Below are positions 53,060 to 64,000 of a stretch of 64,000 nucleotides of DNA, piece by piece. The number at the start of each line of letters is the position of its first letter. Within the stretch, counting starts at the first letter, position 1. A model generated the notes under the pieces. It saw nothing but the letters and a program-made list of their open reading frames with translations. It was not told the DNA's origin and made no database searches. The stretch is from Mobula hypostoma (taxonomy: Eukaryota). Both the position numbers and the translations under genes were made by a program. The stretch is taken from positions 116,500,001 to 116,564,000 of the forward strand of contig NC_086097.1 in assembly GCF_963921235.1 (NCBI RefSeq), read 5' to 3'.

Positions 53060-54857
53060 ATGGAACAGGTCCCTGAGACCAGACAAATTAGACCTCGATC
53101 CACAAATGCCTGACGCTGGAAACGCTTTCGAACTCTGGCTGGCCTGCTTCGAAGCGTATCTAGAGGAGATTAAAGCGACCGACCCCATAGCGAAGCGCAG
53201 AGTTCTACTCTCCAGGGTCAGTCCACGGGTCTATTCGCTGATCAGAGACCAGCCGAACTACGACGGCGCGATGAACGCACTCAAAAGACAATACCTGCAG
53301 CCGATAAACAGCGTCTATGCTCGGCATCGCTTAGCAACACGGCAACAACGGTCTGGGGAATCGAGTGCTGAGTTTGTCCGGGCCCTACAGACACTTGTGC
53401 GGGCCTACAATTGCCAGGAGCTGACAGCGGCGCAGCATGCAGAACTCCTAGTGAGAGACGCCTTCGTTATGGGGACCAGGTCAGTGTACGTGCGCCAGCG
53501 GGAGCTGGAAAAAGCCGATCTTACCCTAAGTTCGTCGATTGAGCTGGCTGATACGTTGGAGGCCACTCTGCATAACTTCAAGGCTCTCCAGGCACGCGAT
53601 CCCCCGATGGCCTCGTGAGTGTCGCAGACCCCGCAACCCGCCGGCGAATTGACCTCGGATGCAGCCAGTCGTGAGTCCGCGAAGTGCTACTTCTGCGGAC
53701 TGGAGAAGCACCCCCGGAAACGCTGTGCGGCCCGACAAGCTACCTGTTCCAGTTGCGGAAAGAAGAGCCACTTCGCCAAGGTCTGTAAGTCAAAACCGGG
53801 AGCGGGATTGAGCAGCACCGTGTGCGAGACGTGGGGGTCGCCATCTTCCCTGCACACTGCCACCACGTGGGAGACATGGGGGCCACCTTCTTCCCTGCCG
53901 CCATCTTCCCTGCACGCCGCCACCACGTGCGAGACGTGGGGGTCGCCATCTTCCCTGCATGCCACCACCACGTGCGAGACATGGGGGCGGCCATCTTGGT
54001 CGGCGCCACCTCCCACTGCCTACGACCAACGGGTGCTCACGGGGCACCCCATCACGCCGGACCAAGACAGCGACCCCACCCTGGCTTCCGTGACCCTCGA
54101 CCAAAGCGCTCGCCACCAGTTCGCAAGGTCAATGATGGACATCCTGGTGGAGGGGCACAGGACAAGCTGCCTGCAGCATGGAGAGTTTTATCCACCCGGC
54201 CACGGTGCAGCATTGTGGACTCATGATACGGCCGGTAAGTCGGAGGGTCACCATGGCCTCCAGGTCGCATACAACAGACATCCGGGGGGGTTGTGTAGCG
54301 ACACTAGTGGTGCAGGGCACAGAATATCGGGACTTCATGTTACTGGTCTTGCCTCAACTGTGTGCCCCTGTGTTGTTGGGGTTGGACTTCCAGAGCCACC
54401 TGAAAAGCGTGACAATGAAGTATGATGGGCCCCTCCCACCAATTACTGTCATAAATCCCCTGTTTTGTAGAGCTATGTCATGTACCCCGCTACTGACCAC
54501 ACACCCACACCGACCCGCGTATCCCACCCAACATCATGCCAACTGCCACACTACCGACACCACTTGCGGCCTCTCCACCCTCAGGATCCCTCTCCCACCG
54601 CTGTTCACCAACCTGACCCCCGACTGTAAACCCGTGGCAACTAAAAGCAGGAGGTACAGCGCGGGGGACAGAGCTTTCATTAAGTCAGAGGTGCACTGGC
54701 TGCTTAGGGAGGGGATCATTGAAGCAAGCACAAGTCCTTGGAGGGCGCAGGTGGTCGTTGTTCGGAACAGGGAGAAGAATAGATGGTCGTGGACTATAGC
54801 CAGACCATCAATAGGTTCACGCAGCTCGACGCGTAACCTCTACCCCGCATCGCGGAT
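53060..54857 (+). pseudogene. gag: Disrupted gag-protease-RT N-terminus
   Basis: ATG 53060 is out of frame with LRPDKLDLDPQ; stop at 53616; two CCHC knuckles CYFCGLEKHPRKRC and CSSCGKKSHFAKVC; protease D(T/S)G triad absent at TSCL|..ESFIHP; frameshift ~54783 and TAA ~54834. Confidence 0.9.
53822..53997 (+). repeat. In-frame 45-bp tandem repeat (CETWGSPSSLHxxTT) in the gag-protease linker
   Basis: gtg(c/g)gagac at 53822, 53867, 53927, 53972. Confidence 0.9.
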
Positions 54858-57014
54858 ATGGTCAATCAGAAAGCACAGTACAAGGTGTACTCGACCATAG
54901 ACCTAAAATCCGCTTATCACCAGCTCCTCATCCGCCGGGAGGACCGCCCTTACACTGCCTTCGAGGTGGACGGCAGGCTTTATCAATTCCTGCGCGTCCC
55001 CTTTGGTGTCACGAATGGTGTATCTGTCTTCCAGAGGGCAATGGACCAGATGGTGGACCAGTGCCAACTGAAGGCCACGTTCCCATATCTGGATAACATC
55101 ACCATCTGCGGTCACGACCAGCAGGATCATGACAACAACCTCCAAAAATTTCTCCAAGCGGCCAAATCTTTCAACCTCACTTATAACAAGGACAAGTGTG
55201 TATTTGGGACCACCCGACTTGCTATCCTTGGGTGTGTCGTGGAGAATGGAGTCACTGGCCCTGATTCCGACCGTATGCGCCCCTTGTTGGAACTCCCTCT
55301 TCCCAATACCCTCAGAGCCCTCAAAAGGTGCCTGGGCTTCTTTTCATATTACGCCCAATGGGTCTCTAACTATGCAGACAAGGCCCGCCCCCTGGTCAAG
55401 TCCACCACATTCCCCCTCTCTGCCGAGGCCCACATGGCCTTCAGCCGCATAAAAGGGGACATTGCCAAAGCAGCAATGCAGGCGGCGGATGAGGCCATTC
55501 CCTTCCAAGTAGAGAGTGACACCTCCGACTTTGCGCTGGCTGCTACCCTCAACCAGGCAGGAAGACCAGTGGCGTTCTTCTCCCGTACCCTTCAAGGCCC
55601 TGAAATTCGGCACTCTGCAGTAGAGAAAGAGGCCCAGGCCATAGTGGAAGCTATAAGGCACTGGAGGCACTATCTTGCCGGCAAAAGGTTCACCCTGCTA
55701 ACTGACCAGCGCTCAGTTGCGTTCATGTTTAATAATCAGCAGCGGAGCAAAATCAAAAATGATAAAATTCTGAGGTGGAGAATCGAACTCTCCACCTACA
55801 ACAATGATATCATGTACAGGCCTGGGAAGCTCAACGAGCCCTCCGATGTCCTATCCCGGGAAACGCGCGCCAGCGCGCAGATCGACCAGTTATACGCCCT
55901 ACATGTAGACCTTTGCCACCCGGGAGTCACCCGGCTTTTCCACTTCGTGAAAGCCCGGAACCTGCCTTACTCCCTTGAGGAGATCAGGACGATGACCAGG
56001 GACTGCCAAGTCTGCGCAGAGTGCAAACCGCACTTCTACCGACCCGAAAAGGCACCACTCATCAAGGCCACCCGCCCCTTTGAGCGACTGAGTGTTGACT
56101 CTAAGGGCCCCCTTTCCTCCACCGACCGCAATGTGTACTTTCTTAACGTAATTGACGAGTACTCGCGGTTCCCCTTCGCCATCCTCTGCCCCGACACCAC
56201 TACCACGTCAGTTATAAAAGCCCTGCGCAAGCTCTTCACTCTGTTCGGATACCCATGCTATATCCACAGTGACAGAGGGACCTCGTTTATGAGTGACGAG
56301 CTGCGCCAATATCTACTGGCGAGGGGAATTGCAACCAGTAGGACCACAATCTATAATCCCCGGGGGAATGGACAGGTGGAGAAGGAGAATGCCACGGTGT
56401 GGAAAGCCACACTCTTAGCCCTCAGGTCAAAGGGACTGCCGGTCTCCCGCTGGCAGGAGGTCCTACCCGAGGCACTCCACTCCATCCGCTCTCTGTTATG
56501 CACGTCCACCAATGCCACCCCTCATGAGCGGCTCTTTTCTTTTCCCCGAAAATCGACCACTGGAACCACCCTACCAACTTGGCTGACGTCCCCGGGGCCA
56601 GTGCTGCTTCGGAAACATGTGAGGAGCAATAAATACTCCCCGATAGTCGAGATGGTTCACTTACTTCATGCGAACCCCCAGTATGCCTATGTGGCTTTAC
56701 CTGATGGGCGGGAGGACACGGTCTCCATCCGCGACCTGGCGCCCGCAGGAGCTCCGGGCCCTTACCCTGAACACTCCGTGGTGACTATTGACCCCATACC
56801 CACCAATGTATGTACCTACAAGACACCATGCACCCCAAACCCTATACAGACACCACACAAAACTCCCATACCGGGCGTGACGCACACGCAAGAGGGATTA
56901 CCGACGCCTAACGTGCTGGCACCTGAAGTCAGGCCGGAGCCAACACAACCGCCATCGCCGGTGCTACGTAGATCACAGCGACGGACTCGACCGCCTGATA
57001 GATTTAACCTGTAA
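54858..57014 (+). CDS. pol: Pol remainder: RT, RNase H, integrase (open 718 aa; native N-terminus lost by upstream lesions)
   Basis: IDLKSAYHQ, VPFGVTNG, YLDN, SDTSDFA..EKEAQAI..TDQ, HVDLCH..CQVC, SVD..HSDRG..GNGQVEKEN. Confidence 0.9.
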   Translation: MVNQKAQYKVYSTIDLKSAYHQLLIRREDRPYTAFEVDGRLYQFLRVPFGVTNGVSVFQRAMDQMVDQCQLKATFPYLDNITICGHDQQDHDNNLQKFLQAAKSFNLTYNKDKCVFGTTRLAILGCVVENGVTGPDSDRMRPLLELPLPNTLRALKRCLGFFSYYAQWVSNYADKARPLVKSTTFPLSAEAHMAFSRIKGDIAKAAMQAADEAIPFQVESDTSDFALAATLNQAGRPVAFFSRTLQGPEIRHSAVEKEAQAIVEAIRHWRHYLAGKRFTLLTDQRSVAFMFNNQQRSKIKNDKILRWRIELSTYNNDIMYRPGKLNEPSDVLSRETRASAQIDQLYALHVDLCHPGVTRLFHFVKARNLPYSLEEIRTMTRDCQVCAECKPHFYRPEKAPLIKATRPFERLSVDSKGPLSSTDRNVYFLNVIDEYSRFPFAILCPDTTTTSVIKALRKLFTLFGYPCYIHSDRGTSFMSDELRQYLLARGIATSRTTIYNPRGNGQVEKENATVWKATLLALRSKGLPVSRWQEVLPEALHSIRSLLCTSTNATPHERLFSFPRKSTTGTTLPTWLTSPGPVLLRKHVRSNKYSPIVEMVHLLHANPQYAYVALPDGREDTVSIRDLAPAGAPGPYPEHSVVTIDPIPTNVCTYKTPCTPNPIQTPHKTPIPGVTHTQEGLPTPNVLAPEVRPEPTQPPSPVLRRSQRRTRPPDRFNL

Positions 57015-57083
57015 ATATACTTCTTGTAAATATTGTCAGTCACTTCACCCCACGGGACTCTTTTTAAAAAAAGGAGGAGTGAA

Positions 57084-57312
57084 TGTGGTAAACCATGTAT
57101 ATATGTTGTAACTCGTTTACCTGTCTGGACACACACCTCTGCTGACTGCCCCTGTGGCTCCTCCCACAGAGTCCTGTATAAAGGTGTTCGCCTTGCCCCT
57201 CCCCCTCAGTCCGGGGGCAGACACTCACTGTGGAGGTCGTATTGTACAGCGAATAAAAGCCTTTCAGTATTTTACCAAACCTCAGTCTTTTGGAGTAATT
57301 GAAGGTGCTTCA
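57084..57312 (+). repeat. 3' LTR
   Basis: Direct repeat of the 5' LTR, preceded by PPT. Confidence 0.97.
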
Positions 57313-57374
57313 GGATATCTGTTGTTATAATCCCTGCAGAACTGTCTGAAATGGGCAAGATAATTGGACTCCTT

Positions 57375-57660
57375 AATTAGATTATGAGGACACGCAGTCC
57401 TCCTTTATTGTCATTTAGTAATGTATGCATTAAGAAATGATACTATATTCCTCCGGTGTGATATCACAGAAACACAGGACAGACCAAGACTGAAGAACTA
57501 ACAAAAAACACATAATTATAACATATAGCTACAACAGCGCAACAATACCATAACTTGATGAAGAACAGGCCGTGAGCACGGTAAAAAAAGTTCAAAGTCT
57601 CTCGAAAGTCCCACATCTCACGCAGACGGGAGAAGGAAGAAAACTCTCCCTGCCATGCCC
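57375..57660 (-). mobile_element. 5'-truncated copy of the (AATCT)n-tailed element
   Basis: attagattatgaggacacgcagtcctc matches 29220-29245. Confidence 0.75.
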
Positions 57661-58631
57661 GACCACAGTCCGATTTGCCATCCAACACACATGTACACCG
57701 TCTCTGAATGCCCTGCTGCCACACTACTCTGCCATTTATCAACTCACGGACACACTCTCATCCTGCACTGGTCACTTTTCATCCTTTACTGCTGCTGTTT
57801 CAAATATTTATGCGACTACCTGCTTTATTATAATAATGCCTGTAACATTATACTGTCTCACATAAAGATGCACCTCGCTCTTCATGTCAAACTTTAGGCT
57901 ACACCACTTTGGGATTTGTGCTGATTTTTTTTCTGACTGTATGTGCTGGATTGTAACTACTGTATATGTGCTGAGTGTAACTATATGTATTGTGGTCTAC
58001 ACCTTGTCCCCTGAGGAACAATGTTTCATTTAGCTGTATACATATGAATGACAAGGAACTTGAACTTGAATTAGAAGCTGGGGCAGGCATAGAATGAACT
58101 CAGTGATGAGAACAGTTTTAAGTAAAGATAAGGCAAAATAGAATGTATGATGTCAAATAAAAAGTAAAGTCAGATTAATAATCTAACGGGGGATATGTTT
58201 AGTCTCACCGGTGCAGCTATGACATAATATATAAATAGACAAGCATGTTACAAGGATAGCATAGTCTCAATAAAGAACGTTAAATCCCTCCCACTCTGGA
58301 GAAGCATGGCTGAAAAACAGTGTGTTTATGCACTGTGTTTAAATTATTTTTTTTATGGAATTATTCATCCTGGACTCAACAATGCGACTATATTAAAGTA
58401 GTGAGCCAGATGAAATTTATGGCCCAATGGCCCATGAACATTTATCTAAAATCAATCACAGTATGATTCAGTCGAAAGTCGTGTTTGAAAGAAAGAAAAA
58501 CAATACAGCTGTGAAAACGTTAGCTTTTGATAAGGTTGCCTTGCGTGCAGTGATACAGAGACTGTCATTGGCAAACTGGACAAATCCTCCAAAAGAGGAA
58601 ATAGCAGAGTCCAAAAGGCTGTGTTTGAACT

Positions 58632-59810
58632 AACACATACAAAATTCTGGAGGAACTCAGCAGGTCAGTTAGCATCTATGGAAATAAAGAAACAGTCATC
58701 GTTTCAGGTCGAGATCCTACTTCAGGACTGAGAAGTAAGGGTGGAGATGCCAGAATAAAACATTGGAGGGAGAAGAAAGAGGCTGGCTGGAAGGTGATAG
58801 GTGACGCTAAGAGGGTGGGGAAGTTCAAGGGCTGGAGAAGAAGGAATCTGAGAGGAGAGGAGAGAGGACCATAGGAGAAAGGGAAGATGGAGGGGATCCA
58901 GGGGGAAGTGAAAGTCCGGTGAGAAGACATACAATATCAGAGTGGGGAATAAAGAATGGCTGAGGGGAGGGAAATTTTTTACTGGAAGGAGAGAGGAGAA
59001 GATGGCAGCGCGATGCAGCACGCGCGGCCGTTCTGAATGAATATCATATGTGTAACTAGGGGGCTGTGCACAATCCGGATTTGATGGAGACAGCCATGAG
59101 AAGCACGGAGGAACGCCTGTAGTAACTTCTGAAATGCCTGCTTCGCAGCCGCTGCTACTGTGCGATCGAAAATCTCCGGAGACGAAGGCCCCAAGTCCTC
59201 GGCTTTGTCTATTGCCTCTTGCTGGGGCCGGGGTCGAAGCGCTCGGTAGAGATGGTGCTCGGTGCTCGGTTTCGGAGAGCTGGTCGGAGGCTCGGAGTTT
59301 CGGACGAACTTGGAGTCAGACTGTGGTCGGATGCTTCCAGTATGCTTCATTGACAAGTTGGCGGCGCTGGAGGTTTACCGTCTGCGTGAGATCATGGGAC
59401 TTTCGAGAGACTTTGAGACTTTTACCGTGCCATGGTCTGTTCTTATCAGATTAAAGTATTGCTTTGCACAGTTGTAACTATATGTTATAATTATGTGTTT
59501 TTTTGTTAGTTTTTAAGTCAGTTTGTCATGTGTTTTTGTGATATCATTCTGCATGCATTACTAAATGACAATAAAAGGGGACTGCGTGTCCTCATAATCT
59601 AATCTAAAAAAAAATCAATATTCATGCCATGAAGTTGGAGACTACCCAGACAGAATACAAAGTGTTACTCCCTCATGCAGAGGGTCGCAGCCCAAAACAT
59701 CAACTGCTTGTTCAATTCCATCGATATTGCCTGTCCTGCTGAGTTCCTCCAGCATTTTGTGTACGTTGCTTTGGATTTCCAGCATCTGCAGATCTACTCG
59801 TGTGTTTGAA
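58632..59810. mobile_element. Degenerate Penelope-like terminus remnant interrupted by the (AATCT)n-tailed element
   Basis: ctggaggaactcagcagg left end and inverted cctgctgagttcctccagc right end; purine-rich tract; aatcaatattcatgcc continues after the insertion. Confidence 0.6.
58989..59607 (+). mobile_element. ORF-less non-LTR-like retroelement, (AATCT)n tail
   Basis: gaggagaagatggcagcgcg ... cctcataatctaatct. Confidence 0.8.
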
Positions 59811-62299
59811 TTAAAACTAGTTTCCAACCCAATGGAGCAAGTGATCTATTTACTATAAAATATGTTATAACTGACGAAAATGGAAAGAAGAAATGAAAAA
59901 CAATAATTTCAAAGGAGCTGTGAGGGCACACTTTTTGACACAGAGAGTGGGAAGTTCACTGGTTTAATGGTTCAATGGTTTAAGAGAACGGGAGGAAAAA
60001 GATGAGCAAAATGAGAATCATTTCGCTAAGGGTCCCCAACCTGGAGTGCATGGATCTCTCGGTTAACAATAGGGGTTCATGGCTTACAAATGATTGGGAA
60101 CCCCTGAGCTAGCTTAACAACTACAGTAAGAGAAAGACTAAAGCTTGTAACTAAGGGTGGAATGGCTAACTACGTTGTCACCGATAATAAAATAAATTAA
60201 CTAAAATAACTAAATTAACCGGCCCAAAACCCATGCACTCTTTTGACTCAAACATTCCTTTTATCTTACTTGTGCATGTGGAAAGCAGCATGGCCCCTGT
60301 CACTCGCACTGTTCTGAAGGCTGGATAGAAAACTGCGATTGCTATACAGAATTGGCTTATCAGTTACCTATATTGATCATTGTAATTTGTATGTTTCAGT
60401 TTCTTAATCACAAAATCAATCTCCATCACAATAGTGATGGTAATGTCAATCGAAACTTCAATTGGACAGCCAGTGATATTTTGAAGTTAGTCAAGAGAAT
60501 AGATCCTTTACGGTTCGGTATGCTTCACATCCTTCCGTTAATCTTATCTCAGCTGTCTCCGGCACCCCCTATTGTTTAAAGATATACATCATGTTTTTGG
60601 AAGACCTTTCTGGGAAAGTCTTAACGACAGGGGCCTCACGCATTCACCTTGAGTACACGTGGCCACATCTACCACAACTTTTCTCATCTGTAGTAACCAT
60701 ATGGGCACTTGGCAGTCTCACTTGACTACACCAGCCCCAAGCTATTCTTTCCATAATGCAACTTCCATAATTACTGTGGAAATTTTCTGTAAACATAGAT
60801 TTACTGTACAAAGGACAGATTATGTTTAATAACATCAATTTTTAAGAGTTGGATATATTTATGTTTAGAGAAATGGTAAAGGACGTTGTTCATATTTATT
60901 ACAGAGGACATTGCATATTTGTTCTTTGAAGAAATTGATAGGTTATAATCCCATGAACATTATTCTATGAATTATTAAATTGGTTAAGAAATTAGTTTAG
61001 AAACAAAAGGCAGTGAATATAAATATTGTTTGGGCACTCAAATTGGTAAGATGTGTCTAACGGTATCAGAGACAGATCTCTATTGAAGTACTATTTGTTT
61101 TATTTATGACATGTTGAGAATGGAAAAGTAATAAATAAGGATACTTTTTCAATTTGGTCATTGATACAAAGATAAACGGTTAGGCTGATGCATTAAATAA
61201 TGAAGTTTAATTGAAATAATTCATATTTGAAGGGTGCTCATTCCATCATTTCCAGGACTAACGTAGATGGCCTCACAGATCCACAAATTAGAAGCCTTTC
61301 CCTGTAAATTTGTACAATCAGTTAATCTATTAATGGACTGTGTTATCCTTAATCTAGCCTGTTTCTCACATAACTTTCTTCCATCAGCAACTCCAGAATA
61401 AATCACCAGCTGACATTGCACTGGTATTCATGTTCTTGACATTCATGGATGCATGTTGCACTGCAGAAGGATCAAACACACTGGAGGTCCAAAATCATTG
61501 AATGCAATCACCAATGTGGAGTAAATACAAAAATGCAGATAAATAATTAGTTTTTATTTCACTTCATTTTAACATATTTAATTGTTTTTCAAGTTTTTAA
61601 AATAACTTTACAACATTTTTATATTTGCTAAAATTATTTGAAGATTATAGATTAGCTTCAGATGTCACATGTATTGTCAAAACATTGAAACATACAGTGA
61701 AATGAACCGTTTGCTTCACCGACCAACATAGTCCAAGAATGTGCTGGGGCAGTCCACAAATGTCACCAAGCTTCTGGTACTAATATAACATGCCCACAAT
61801 TTACTAACCCCAATCAGTACATCTTTGATATGTGGGAAGAAACTGGAGCACACAGGGGAAACCTATATAGTCACAGGATGAACGTACAAACTCCTTACAG
61901 TGGTGGGAGTTCAATCTTGATTGCTGGCACTGTAAAGCATTACACCAGCACTATATTACAATGTCTCCTATACACTACCATGCCACCCGCTTGAACTGTT
62001 TTCGATTTTTTCCAACTATCAACCAGTCTGAGAGGTTAGTAAAAAGATCTCATGGTGATTCACCTCATGAGGTGACGGTGGTAGTGAGACCTACAGTGTA
62101 ATCTGTTCATGGCAGTGCAGAAGTTAAATATGGCTTTGGGATGCCATAATGTTGGTAAAGTGGTTTTAGGGCTGTTAGAACAGCATTCATCCGACTATTC
62201 CATCACACTCCTGATGTGTACCCTGTGTGTGATGGAAAGGTTGCAGAGCATCAAGACATGATGTATATCATTTGCCACAGCTCCGACTAAATTCAGAAA

Positions 62300-63020
62300 G
62301 CATAATATCCTTCAGCACTGAAACATAATCCACCAGTTTACATCCGCCACCTTTGGTGCACTGTAACTGCAGAATTTGCCTTTTACAAAATATGTTGTAG
62401 GTGCTTGCATCAGCTGCAGTAACAGCACTCCCGTGCAAAATATGAACTGTTCTTGCAAGTATAATATGTATGTATGGTGTAAATGTTGCAAACACTGTAT
62501 CAGCCAAGCACTGAATGTTGTCTAGGTCTTATTGCATGTGGTAGTGAACTGTTTCCTTTACTGAAGGGTTGAGAATAGATTTCAACACTATGCCAACATC
62601 AGTGACTGTCTCCATTTCTGATCTTACGAACAAAGGAAGGTCTTTGATAATGGAACTGAAGATGCTTGGGCTTTGAAGATTGCCCTAAAAAAAATTTGTC
62701 AGTGATTTCTTAGGGCTGGGATGATTAACCTTCAGCAGCCACAACTATTTTCTTTCATTGCAGCCATTATTCCAAATACTGTATTTTTTTCCTTGATGTC
62801 CACTGACTTCAGCTTACCAGGATTCTTTGATGGTGCTTTCAGTCACATAAAATGAGTCCAGTTGCTGATGACTGACTTCTGTAACGGCAGTCTTAGAAAA
62901 AAGCCAAGTTGGATCATCTAATTGGTATTTTTGACAAATACTTTGGTCTTTTTTAGCCCTCAGACTGTTTGCTGCACCATTGTCAAGGATGGGGTTGCTT
63001 ATTGAAGCTTCTCCTGCCAA
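62300..63020 (-). mobile_element. Highly decayed CR1/L2-group LINE RT remnant
   Basis: Minus translation PSIFSSIIKDLPLFVRSEMETVTDV resembles the GP..F...INDLP...FADD block. Confidence 0.5.
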
Positions 63021-63074
63021 TTAGTTTTCACTGTTTTTTCCTAATTTAGCAATAGAGCACAGTAACAGGCTCTT

Positions 63075-63240
63075 CCTGCCCAATGAGCCTTTGGAATTTG
63101 GGAGGAAACCAGAGCAACTGGAGGAAATCCTTGAGGTCATGGGAAGCATGTACAAACTCCGTACAGTGGCAGATGAGAGTTGAACCCAGGACGCTAGCAC
63201 CATGAAGCGCTATGCTAACCGCTACGCTACCACGCCACCC
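63075..63240 (-). repeat. tRNA-derived SINE head
   Basis: Reverse complement ggtggcgtggtagcgtagcggttagc (A-box-like) ... gggttcaactc (B-box-like). Confidence 0.7.
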
Positions 63241-64000
63241 AGAATTCAGTGTTGTCCACCAGCATTCAGTTAGATATGGCTGGAGTGCAGAGCTTTGAGC
63301 TGATTCATGTGAGAACACATGTAAGAATCCAGTTATTCAACTGACATTGACTGCAGCCAAAGAGAAAATCCTTCTTATCATATATTCAACATCATTGTTT
63401 CCTTGACATGCTGCTAGAACAGTAATAGTTCAGCACAGAATCATTTTAGAAAGATACATGACAGCAAATTATCTCTTATTTCACATTGGAAGTAAACTGG
63501 AAACTTAACCAATGGTAGAACTTCCTATTATTCATTCTCTAGTTAGCAGCAAAATTAGAATTTGCTTTCTGCTTCAACAATTTTTTTTTAAATTTCTGTT
63601 CCCGACGATTAAGACTGTCAATTATACTTTATGTACAATTGAGACTCTATTGGTGATGGGAGAAAGAATAAAATTCATAAAATGTAAGCATATTATAATT
63701 AATATGTAAAAGTCTATTTGAAGGAATTTAGTTCCAGCTAGGAAATCCCAGAGTATCCACTAGGAAAGAGTTTTGTTTTAAGATTTTTTTTTAAATTCTA
63801 GATATGTGGGTGTCAACATGTAGCATATTAGATCTTGTAAAAAATCGACTGAATGTCTTTCAGGTCAATTAACTCTTCCTGAATTCTTAGCATGTGGGGT
63901 CTGTATGTCTATTAGTGAGTAAACACTGAGAATGTACACCTGGATTTCGGATAATTGCTTATATGTGTCAACCTTAATGTACTTTTGTAAGCCCAACAGA

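Larger units (their letters stand above)
52805..57312 (+). mobile_element. Full-length Ty3/Gypsy LTR retrotransposon (inactivated)
   Basis: 229-bp LTRs TG...CA at 52805-53033 and 57084-57312 (8 differences counted), PPT aaaaaaaggaggagtgaa 57066-57083, flanks GGATT/GGATA, domain order gag-PR-RT-RH-IN. Confidence 0.97.

Noticed and set aside
60028..60106. Short hAT-like MITE (gggtccccaacc ... ttgggaacccctg)
   Set aside because: Termini are suggestive but no matching 8-bp TSD could be read
63170..63240. tRNA gene-like A/B boxes
   Set aside because: No complete cloverleaf, and it continues into SINE body sequence; treated as a SINE head

Overview
Eukaryotic, vertebrate-type, repeat-dominated non-coding DNA (intron or gene desert). 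The repeat families (CR1, Rex1/Babar, RTE, Penelope-like, Tc1, Tigger/pogo, Harbinger, Gypsy, tRNA-type SINEs) suggest a cartilaginous fish such as a ray or shark; this is inference. I recognise no host protein-coding gene, and every recognisable ORF is transposon-derived. Best-supported features: (1) a full-length but inactivated Gypsy LTR retrotransposon (52805-57312) whose primer-binding position holds a 16-nt sequence complementary to its own LTR, covering the AATAAA, instead of a tRNA PBS, suggesting self-priming and/or poly(A) occlusion; (2) minimal hammerhead-ribozyme motifs in Penelope-like termini, including a 1.64-kb tail-out inverted Penelope insertion with a 14-bp TSD and a ~100-bp ribozyme-only insertion with a 12-bp TSD; (3) nested insertions with readable TSDs (solo LTR in a Rex1 LINE, Harbinger in CR1, Tigger and an ORF-less retroelement in a third repeat, a LINE tail in an old Gypsy). 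Boundaries of old repeats are approximate and family names come from motif recognition, not database searches.
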